In this document: in pieces, positions 13,551 through 20,000 of the stretch | Position numbering within the stretch: the first letter of the stretch is position 1 | How the letters are laid out: each line of letters opens with the position of its first letter | DNA from: an uncultured virus (IMG/VR IMGVR_UViG_3300009177_000003) | Lineage: Duplodnaviria > Heunggongvirae > Uroviricota > Caudoviricetes | Length of the DNA: 20,000 nucleotides | Direction: 5' to 3' (one strand) | IMG/VR virus record: IMGVR_UViG_3300009177_000003 | Made by a program: the position numbers and the translations under genes | Notes under the pieces: generated by a model | The model's database searches: none | The model's input: the letters and a program-made list of their open reading frames with translations, nothing else | Told to the model about the DNA's origin: nothing

Positions 13551-14538
13551 TCCCGTTCTGCCTGCTCGCGTCGGCCAGGAGATCCTGCGCCGTCAGGCGC
13601 CGCCCCTACCGATGGGGCTCGAGGCTCGCAACGACCCGCCGGGCATCGACAAGGAGCTCGCGCAGCTGCGCGCGCTGATCCGGCGACACGGCAAAGTGGC
13701 CGGGGCGGTGAAGCTGAAGATCACCGTGAAGATGGCGAAGGCCATGAAGCATCTGATGGGCAAGAATCGGAAGCTCTCCGAGCCCTGGGTCAGGCGTTGG
13801 GAGCGGGCGCTCCAGGAGGGGCGCTGGAAGGATCTCCCGACCCAGGGGTTCGCCTTCGACTGGGACGGTCTGTTCCGCGACGGCCAGCACCGGGCAGCCG
13901 CGATCATCAATACCGGGATTGAGCCTGACGTCTGGGTGGCCTTCGGTGTGGATCCCGATTCGTTCCCCGTCATGGACACCGGGCTGCGCCGCAACGCCAC
14001 GCAGAATCTCGTCCTCGACGGCGTCAGATTCGCCAGCCCGGTCGCCATCGTGGTCCGCCTCAAGTTCCGCACCGAGCACAACGGCGAAATGCCGGACGAC
14101 GGCTTCGTCCATGATGAGGCCGCCAAGCTGATGGCCCAGGACGACGCGATGGAGCGCGCCGTCGTCGCGGGGCACAAGGTGGTCAAGGAACACCGGGGGG
14201 TGATCGCCTCTTCCGTGATCCTGGCCTACTGGCTGATTGCCACGCGGTCGAAGCGGAAGCTCTCGGTCGACGAGTTCTTCGACCTCTTGTCCGGCGAGGG
14301 CTCCGGGCTGGATGAGACCAGCCCGATCCACCGCCTGCGGCGCAAGTTCAAGCCATTGGCAGCCGCCGGGCGGAAGGCGAGCCAATACCGCAGCCAGACC
14401 GAGCAGGCCGCCTGGATCATCATGGCCTGGAACGCCTGGATCCTCGGTCGATCCATCCCGGTGACAGGCGAGGGATCGCGATCAGCCCTCGCCTGGAGTC
14501 AGCCGCACGCGCTTCCCGTCGTGGATGCAAGGGAGTGA
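13537..14538 (+). CDS. ParB/Srx-like N-terminal domain protein (DGQHR type)
   Basis: NRKLS...G.W...AFD..G...DGQHRAAAII...MDTG.RR. Confidence 0.75.
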   Translation: MPPSNPVLPARVGQEILRRQAPPLPMGLEARNDPPGIDKELAQLRALIRRHGKVAGAVKLKITVKMAKAMKHLMGKNRKLSEPWVRRWERALQEGRWKDLPTQGFAFDWDGLFRDGQHRAAAIINTGIEPDVWVAFGVDPDSFPVMDTGLRRNATQNLVLDGVRFASPVAIVVRLKFRTEHNGEMPDDGFVHDEAAKLMAQDDAMERAVVAGHKVVKEHRGVIASSVILAYWLIATRSKRKLSVDEFFDLLSGEGSGLDETSPIHRLRRKFKPLAAAGRKASQYRSQTEQAAWIIMAWNAWILGRSIPVTGEGSRSALAWSQPHALPVVDARE

Positions 14539-15425
14539 TGCCGATGCTCATACCCATCGATCTGATCATCGTCGGTCCCGGCCATCGCAAGACGACCAAG
14601 GGCAAGGTCACAGAGCTGGTGGCCTCGATCGAGACAATCGGGCTGAAGACGCCGATCACCGTGCGGCCGGCCAAGGAGGCGGGGAAGTATCTGCTGGTCG
14701 CCGGCCGGCATCGGATCGAGGCGTATCGCAAGCTCCGGCGCGGCGAGATCGAGGCGGAGGTGCTGTCGGCGACGGAAGCCGAACGCGACGACCAGATCGA
14801 GGCGCAGCTCTGGGAGCACGCTGAGAATCTCCATCGGAGCGAGCTATCGGTAGCGCAGCGGCTGGTCGCGCAGGGAAGGTGGCTGAAGCTCCGGGCCGAG
14901 AAGATCAAGCGGCAGGAGCAGGCGGGGAATTACCGTCCTGAGGACGGTAAGTCGCAAGATAATTACGTCCGCCGTGGTCGTCCGACCAAAACCCACATCG
15001 AGGCGGCCGCCCGCGAGATGGGCATCGCCTCGAAGACCGCTCGCCGGGCCGTCTTCATCGCCGACAACCTCACCCCGTCGGCGATCAAGGCGGCGGAGGG
15101 GCTCGGCCTGGAGAACAGTCAGGCAGCCCTGGAAGCGGCCGCCGGGGTGCCGGAGGGCTACAAGGAGCAGGTCCTCGAAAACTTCGCCGCGCAGCAGGAT
15201 CGCAAGAAGCGGGAAAAGGCGGCGAGGGCCGAACGGCAGAACGGGGAGGGCCCAGCGCCGCCTCGGACCGAACAGGACATCTTCGACGCTTGGTTCCTTT
15301 CCCTCGACATCGAGGAGCGGGCCAGGATGCGGATCTGGCTCCTCGGCCTGGATCTCGAGGCCCACTTCGCCGAACAGGACAAGACCGAGCAGATGCTCCG
15401 CGACGACCGGGCAGCGCTGCACTGA
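14538..15425 (+). CDS. ParB-like protein (ParB/Srx domain plus HTH)
   Basis: ELVASIETIGLKTPITVR, LVAGRHRIEA, ENLHRSELS, AAAREMGIASKTARR; start 14535 or 14538. Confidence 0.88.
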   Translation: MPMLIPIDLIIVGPGHRKTTKGKVTELVASIETIGLKTPITVRPAKEAGKYLLVAGRHRIEAYRKLRRGEIEAEVLSATEAERDDQIEAQLWEHAENLHRSELSVAQRLVAQGRWLKLRAEKIKRQEQAGNYRPEDGKSQDNYVRRGRPTKTHIEAAAREMGIASKTARRAVFIADNLTPSAIKAAEGLGLENSQAALEAAAGVPEGYKEQVLENFAAQQDRKKREKAARAERQNGEGPAPPRTEQDIFDAWFLSLDIEERARMRIWLLGLDLEAHFAEQDKTEQMLRDDRAALH

Positions 15426-15637
15426 TGGCTCCGGCGGAGCGCGCCGAGCTCGATCGACACGAGGCGGAGGCCGCCATGGCGTTCCGCATCCGCCGGTGCG
15501 CCTGCGGTGCTCCGGCGGTCTCGGTCGAGCCCGGCTCCGCGCCGGTCCGCGAGGCCGGCTTCTTGCTCCGCCCCGCGGTGCCGGACCGCAACTTCTGCCT
15601 CGATCACGCCATGCCGGCGCGGAGAGCGGCCGTATGA
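15425..15637 (+). CDS. Small Cys/His protein
   Basis: TGATG-coupled; CACG...CLDH. Confidence 0.6.
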   Translation: MAPAERAELDRHEAEAAMAFRIRRCACGAPAVSVEPGSAPVREAGFLLRPAVPDRNFCLDHAMPARRAAV

Positions 15638-15738
15638 GCTGCAACGATCCCCTCGGCCCCGCCGCCGGCATCCTGCTCGCCATCGCCCTCGGCGTCGCGC
15701 TCTGGCTGATCGGCGCCCTGGTGTGGAGGGCGGTATGA
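15634..15738 (+). CDS. Small single-pass membrane peptide
   Basis: MSCNDPLGPAAGILLAIALGVALWLIGALVWRAV; ATGA-coupled on both sides. Confidence 0.65.
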   Translation: MSCNDPLGPAAGILLAIALGVALWLIGALVWRAV

Positions 15739-15971
15739 CCGAGATCATCGACCTGTGCGCCCGCCGTCAGGGACGCCAGCTTGACCCCGAGCCGGCGCGG
15801 CTGTCCGACCGAATCGAGGGGCTGATGGCCTGGGCCCGGCTCGAAATCGAGGATCTGGTGCCGATGACCCGGATGCAGCGGATCGCGCTGACCATCATTT
15901 TCGAGCGCGTGCTTGACCAAATTGACGCACTTGACCCCCCGCCGCCGGAAAATTCGGGAAATGCGGCATGA
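15735..15971 (+). CDS. Hypothetical protein (MTEIIDLCARR...)
   Basis: GGAGG RBS, ATGA coupling. Confidence 0.7.
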   Translation: MTEIIDLCARRQGRQLDPEPARLSDRIEGLMAWARLEIEDLVPMTRMQRIALTIIFERVLDQIDALDPPPPENSGNAA

Positions 15972-16516
15972 GGGGACTCCCGGAATCAAATCGTACCGGT
16001 CACAATGCGAAACCCCCCGCTCCGGGAAAGGGAACGGGGGGCCTGTTCGGGTTTCAACCAGCTGCTCAAGAAGCGATTAGGGGACCAACTTGCACCCCCA
16101 ATTTCGCAGACCTTGGGCGGCCTGTCCATAGGTCTGTCCAGATGCATGATCGCCACAAGAACTTAACGACCGGCACTTTGACGCTTTCCGGCGTCATGCC
16201 GCAGCCCGAGTCTCAGCCGGCCTCGGAGCCTGATGCCGCCGTCACCGAGGCGACTGCACCGCAAGGGCCGGTGCGCACGCATGGGAGGCCGGGCTGGGCT
16301 CGTTCCGACAAACCGTGGTGGGGTGTGATTGCCGTCGAAGGAAAGAAGCGTGGCAATTCGTATCATGGTCCGATCTTTCGGCATCCAACGCGAGAAACCG
16401 CAGAGGCTGAAGCGACCTATCTCGCTGCGCTTTGCCCTGGCCAACGGTACACCGTCATCGAGGCCGTCTCGTTTCATCTCGTGGCGAAGCCGCCAGCCGA
16501 CGGGGGAGGGCAGTGA
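15968..16516 (+). CDS. Phage hypothetical protein (C-terminal FRHPTRETAEAEA..LA...PG motif); true start uncertain
   Basis: ORF coupled to neighbours; the 5' part contains a GC hairpin and may be non-coding. Confidence 0.6.
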   Translation: MRGLPESNRTGHNAKPPAPGKGTGGLFGFQPAAQEAIRGPTCTPNFADLGRPVHRSVQMHDRHKNLTTGTLTLSGVMPQPESQPASEPDAAVTEATAPQGPVRTHGRPGWARSDKPWWGVIAVEGKKRGNSYHGPIFRHPTRETAEAEATYLAALCPGQRYTVIEAVSFHLVAKPPADGGGQ

Positions 16517-17412
16517 TGAGCTGCGGACTTCCGGTTCTGAAGGCGCTGACCACGCCAGGGCTGAGCCACGTCGAACGAAATGTCTATGCCTACTACGTCG
16601 GCCGAGCGCGCGCCCGGTTATGCTGGCCGTCCGGGGAAGAGACCCAAACCGACCTTGGCATCAAGACCCGCGCCACCCTGGCAGCCGCCAACGGGGAGCT
16701 GGTCAAGCGGGGGCTGATCGCCATCAAGAGGCGGTTCCGCGACACGAACCACTACTGGATCCTCGATCCAGGCGGCCTGCTCTATGGCCTAGATCAGGCG
16801 GTTCCGCCTTGGAGTGAGCCACAATATGCTGATGTTCAAGAAACCGAACATCTCGACCAAAGCGATGTTCAAGAAACCGAACATCTCGGCCAAAGCGATG
16901 TTCAGGAAACCGAACATCTAGCCGCCTCAGACGCCTCGCCACCGCCAGATGTTCAATCTTTGAACGTTCAACAAACCGCACAAGAGTCAGACTCCCAAGT
17001 AAGAAGCAAGGAAGAAAGAGAAGAAAGAAAGAACGTAGTGCTACGCACTACGGCGCCGGCCGAGCCGGACGCCGATCCCGACACTGCGGCCAAGGCGGCT
17101 TTGTGGGAGCAAGGGGTGCCGATCCTATCCCGGCTCCGCAAGCCGAGCGATCCGTCGGCCGGCTCGATAATCGGGCGGTTGCTCAAGGTCTCGCAGCACG
17201 ACTACGGCGCTGTCCTCGATGCCGTGCTGGCAGCCGAGAGATCGCCGCCTCTCCACCTCCTGTCCTGGCTGACCAGGGTCATTCAGAACCGCGTCGATCC
17301 CGTGCCAATGCCAGCCTACGATCCGAGCAAACTCACCGGCGCGGCGCACGAGGCTATGGCTTCCCGCCAGCGGCTCAAGGCCTTCCTCGAACAGAACGAG
17401 GTGTGCGCATGA
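16516..17412 (+). CDS. Replication initiator (lambda O-like, N-terminal wHTH)
   Basis: CWPSGEETQTDLGI..R...A..EL.KRGLI; internal iterons and purine-rich tract. Confidence 0.85.
   Translation: MSCGLPVLKALTTPGLSHVERNVYAYYVGRARARLCWPSGEETQTDLGIKTRATLAAANGELVKRGLIAIKRRFRDTNHYWILDPGGLLYGLDQAVPPWSEPQYADVQETEHLDQSDVQETEHLGQSDVQETEHLAASDASPPPDVQSLNVQQTAQESDSQVRSKEEREERKNVVLRTTAPAEPDADPDTAAKAALWEQGVPILSRLRKPSDPSAGSIIGRLLKVSQHDYGAVLDAVLAAERSPPLHLLSWLTRVIQNRVDPVPMPAYDPSKLTGAAHEAMASRQRLKAFLEQNEVCA
16831..17052. repeat. Replication origin: iterons GATGTTC-N8-GAACATC at 33-bp period (16831, 16864, 16897; degenerate 16948), A/G-rich tract, hairpin CGTAGTGC-TAC-GCACTACG
   Basis: Directly visible tandem palindromic repeats inside the initiator gene, as in lambdoid ori. 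Confidence 0.88.
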
Positions 17413-18371
17413 CCACTCAGCACGAGCTAGAGATCGAGGTGTGGCTCTCCGACCTGTCACTCAGGTGCGAGCCGCGCTCGAAAGAGAACCTCCGCGTCAT
17501 TATCGCCAAATACGCGGAGGGCCTAGCCGACCTGCCTTACGAGGCGTTCACCACAGCCTCCGGCGAGGGCGCAGCCCGCAACTGGGAGCGCTTCCCGAGC
17601 TACAAGGCGCTCCGGAAGTTCCTGGAGGACTGGGCCGACAAGCACGGGGCGAAGGACACCAAGCTCCTTCCGCCCATCGATGATCCCGGCCTTTCGGACG
17701 AGGACCGGGCCCATGTGCGCTCCTGGATCAACCTCCGAGCCGAGCGCCAGAAGAGCGGCAGGTTCGCCCAGGCGCTCAGCCTCATGCGCAAATGGCCAGC
17801 CGCCTTCGCCTACATCTGCCGCACCGACGACGAAGCCCACGCCACCGCCCAGCAGCGGGGCTGGCTTCCCGAAACCGGCGATACGGTGGACGTCTCCGAG
17901 GCCGGCATCACGGAGCGACTGATCGAGCTCGAAAGTATCGCCGGCGGATCGCTGGGCGCCGTTCTTGCCCCCTTTGGCCTTTCCATTCTCCGCAAGAATG
18001 TCGCTGCCCGCGCGCCCGAGCGGCTCCATCTGCTGCCGGATGTGGTGCTCCCGCAGCGCCAGCCGCGCGAGCCGTCCGAGCGTCGACAGGACGCGGAGGC
18101 CGAAGCCAGCGCGCGAGCCCAGAGGGAGAAACTCCAGCCGGAGATTGACGCCGCCTCCGCTGCCTTCGAGGCCCGCACCGGCCGTAAGCCCGGCCAGCTC
18201 TCCCCAGAACAGCTCGCCGCCGTCCGCGCCCAGGCCGGCATCCACCACCCGCCGGTGCAACAGTCGCCCCAGACCATCGACGGCGACGCCGAGGAGATCC
18301 CGCCCCCTAAGCAATCCGCCAAGGTCATCGACCTCTGGGGCTTTGGCGATACCGAGGAGGTCGCCGCATGA
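17409..18371 (+). CDS. Putative replisome organiser / helicase loader (P-position) protein
   Basis: Immediately after the initiator; Y...L.DLP.EAF...AAR.W..FPS pattern. Confidence 0.6.
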   Translation: MTTQHELEIEVWLSDLSLRCEPRSKENLRVIIAKYAEGLADLPYEAFTTASGEGAARNWERFPSYKALRKFLEDWADKHGAKDTKLLPPIDDPGLSDEDRAHVRSWINLRAERQKSGRFAQALSLMRKWPAAFAYICRTDDEAHATAQQRGWLPETGDTVDVSEAGITERLIELESIAGGSLGAVLAPFGLSILRKNVAARAPERLHLLPDVVLPQRQPREPSERRQDAEAEASARAQREKLQPEIDAASAAFEARTGRKPGQLSPEQLAAVRAQAGIHHPPVQQSPQTIDGDAEEIPPPKQSAKVIDLWGFGDTEEVAA

Positions 18372-18733
18372 TCTCCATCGCCCACATTCAGGCCGCCGTC
18401 TGCCGCCGCTACAACGTCGGCCTCGCCGATCTCCTCTCCGACCGCCGTGAGCAAGCCATCGTCCGCCCACGACACGTCGCCATGTGGCTCGCCCGCAGGC
18501 TCACCCGAAAGTCCTGCGCCGCCATCGGCCGCGCCTTCGGTAACCGCGATCACACCTCGATCCACAGCGCGCTGGCCCGCGTCGAGGCCCGCATGGCGGC
18601 CGGGGAAAGCGGGGATATCTGGGCGTTGCTGGCCGAGCTGCAGACGCCGCTGCCGACCGTGTGGCCACAAACCGCCCTGGCCCACCTCTGGATCACGGCG
18701 GCGACCAGCCGCAGCAGGGAGATCGCCGCATGA
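18368..18733 (+). CDS. Stand-alone DnaA C-terminal (domain IV) HTH protein
   Basis: IQAAVCRRYNV..ADLLS.RR...IVRPRHVAMWLARRLT.KS...IGRAFGNRDHTS. Confidence 0.92.
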   Translation: MISIAHIQAAVCRRYNVGLADLLSDRREQAIVRPRHVAMWLARRLTRKSCAAIGRAFGNRDHTSIHSALARVEARMAAGESGDIWALLAELQTPLPTVWPQTALAHLWITAATSRSREIAA

Positions 18734-18927
18734 AGCCGATCAACGACGTCATCGCCGACGGCCACCAAGTCAGCATCCCCGACCCGCGCACCGTCCTGCT
18801 CGATCGCGCCGTCGAGGCGCTTGAGCGCGAGCTCCGCCACCGCCTGGACACTGTCGAGCGCCCGGCCGTCGTGCGCCTCCTCGAACAGCTCGCCGACGAC
18901 TGGCCTGAATCCGGGAGCTTCTGGTGA
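18730..18927 (+). CDS. Hypothetical protein
   Basis: ATGA-coupled, GGGAG RBS. Confidence 0.65.
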   Translation: MKPINDVIADGHQVSIPDPRTVLLDRAVEALERELRHRLDTVERPAVVRLLEQLADDWPESGSFW

Positions 18928-18943
18928 AAGGAGAGTCCAACCC

Positions 18944-19141
18944 ATGAACGACACCACCCCCTGGAAGGGCGTCCACCGCACGGACGGCCTCTGCATCGCC
19001 GAGGGCGTCGACGGATGGGTCGTCATCCCGCGCGACGGCGAGGTGCTCGACCGCTGTCCCTGCTGCACCCGCCCCATCACCGCGCCCTACTACGCCAAGC
19101 TCATCGCGGGGAACGCCTTCCCGCTGGATCCAGTGCCATGA
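18944..19141 (+). CDS. Hypothetical protein (CPCC motif)
   Basis: AAGGAG RBS; ATGA coupling downstream. Confidence 0.7.
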   Translation: MNDTTPWKGVHRTDGLCIAEGVDGWVVIPRDGEVLDRCPCCTRPITAPYYAKLIAGNAFPLDPVP

Positions 19142-19350
19142 ACTGGACCCCCGAGCAGGTCGACACGCTGCGCCGCCTGCACGCCGCCGGATGCAACGAC
19201 GAGGAGATCGCCCTCGCCCTCAGCATCACCCCGCGCGCCGCGACGGGGAAGCGCCAGCGTCTCGGGCTGCTCTCCGGCCGGCGGACCGACGCCTACGAGA
19301 CCGCTATCGCCCGCGCCAGCCGGGCCAGGGCCAAGGAGACCACCACATGA
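19138..19350 (+). CDS. GcrA-like N-terminal HTH protein
   Basis: MNWTPEQVDTLRRL...G....EIA..L.IT..A..GK..RLGL. Confidence 0.82.
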   Translation: MNWTPEQVDTLRRLHAAGCNDEEIALALSITPRAATGKRQRLGLLSGRRTDAYETAIARASRARAKETTT

Positions 19351-19985
19351 CCAAGGCCCGCGCCGGCGCCGCGCGTTCCCGTTTCGATCCGCGCCACATC
19401 CCATCTCCCGGGACGCTCGAGCCGCACCACGTCCGCAAGGCCGCCAGGAGCGGCTCCACGGCCGTCATGCGATCCTGCTGGCGGGACCCGCTCGATGACA
19501 ATCCGCGGGCTCGCAGCGCCCGGGAAATCACCGGCTGGCGGGGCTACTGCACGCTCCGGGCGGCGGTGAAACGCAACAACTCGGCGATCACCGAGCGCCA
19601 CATCTATGCCGCCGATCGGCTCCGGCAGGCCTGTGACCTAGCCGCAATCGGCGCGTCAGGGCCGCGGGAGATCCTGCCGGTGGTGGCGATCGTCTACGGC
19701 CCACGCGGCGGCCCGAGCTACGCGGCCCTGGCCCAGACCAGGGGATGGCGCGACTTCCAGCGCGCGATGGCGCAGTTCGACGCCTCCCAGCGGCTGCTGC
19801 TGACGATGGTCATCCTGCTGAATTATTCAGTTTCCGCATGGTGCGCGATGCAGTCGAAGCCCGGCCGGGTGGTCTACCCCACGCCCGAAATGCAGCGGCT
19901 GGTGCTCTGCCTTGAGCGGTTGGCCGAGCACTACGCCTCGGAGATCGACGAGGATCTGGCGAAGGGGCGACTGCTGGCGGCGTAG
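19347..19985 (+). CDS. DUF6456-like putative late-gene regulator (Q position)
   Basis: AITERHIYAADRLR...; C-terminal sigma4-like helices (LVLCLERLAEHY); last gene of the early-right operon. Confidence 0.6.
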   Translation: MTKARAGAARSRFDPRHIPSPGTLEPHHVRKAARSGSTAVMRSCWRDPLDDNPRARSAREITGWRGYCTLRAAVKRNNSAITERHIYAADRLRQACDLAAIGASGPREILPVVAIVYGPRGGPSYAALAQTRGWRDFQRAMAQFDASQRLLLTMVILLNYSVSAWCAMQSKPGRVVYPTPEMQRLVLCLERLAEHYASEIDEDLAKGRLLAA

Positions 19986-20000
19986 CGCGCGCGGATTCAA

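Larger units (their letters stand above)
1..20000. mobile_element. Temperate phage/prophage segment (early-left arm, immunity switch, early-right replication operon)
   Basis: Divergent CI/Cro-like pair; ERF, HNH, RuvC-like, O-like initiator with iterons; dense short ORFs with ATGA/TGATG overlaps; no housekeeping genes. Confidence 0.93.

Noticed and set aside
16013..16041. GC hairpin CCCCCCGCTCC...GGGAACGGGGGG as a terminator
   Set aside because: Imperfect stem and no clean U-tract; may be an attenuator but not supportable
16831..16919. CRISPR-like repeat array
   Set aside because: Intervening sequences are ~11 bp and nearly identical; in-frame within the initiator gene, so these are iterons
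18466..18483. CACGAC-AC-GTCGCC as an eighth palindrome copy
   Set aside because: Two-base centre and mismatched flanks; explained by the conserved RPRHVA coding of DnaA domain IV
14844..18685. Long minus-strand ORFs (14844-15989, 17523-18470, 17810-18685)
   Set aside because: Antisense shadows of the tightly coupled plus-strand operon
18368..18733. Chromosomal dnaA gene
   Set aside because: Only domain IV is present; no AAA+ domain; phage context

Overview
GC-rich segment of a lambdoid-type temperate phage or prophage. The host is probably alphaproteobacterial, inferred from GcrA-like, GapR-like, DnaA domain IV and DUF6456-like genes. Layout: the 3' end of a rightward operon (Ig-like protein, terminator at ~554-586) converges on a long leftward early/accessory arm (586-10170) that includes an ERF recombinase, two HNH nucleases, and SLOG, ASCH and MarR genes. 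Next is a CI-like repressor / tandem-Cro switch (10319-11734). A rightward early operon follows with RuvC-like, MTase, two ParB-like genes, an O-like initiator with iterons, P-like, DnaA-IV, GcrA-like and a putative late regulator. Two non-coding patterns stand out. (1) At 1727-3564, five single-gene modules are separated by related junction elements with a tyrosine-recombinase-site (dif/cer-like) geometry, GCGCGATAA-N6/8-TTATCGCGC. These carry or abut the upstream stop codon and a conserved leader, suggesting an integron/pdif-like gene-cassette array in a phage. (2) Seven copies of a 17-bp palindrome with core CGACWGTCG are dispersed over 4994-13503, three of them at a counter-oriented ribbon-helix-helix gene. 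No integrase or other recombinase of the tyrosine/serine type is visible in the window. All family calls are by-eye motif recognition, not database searches.
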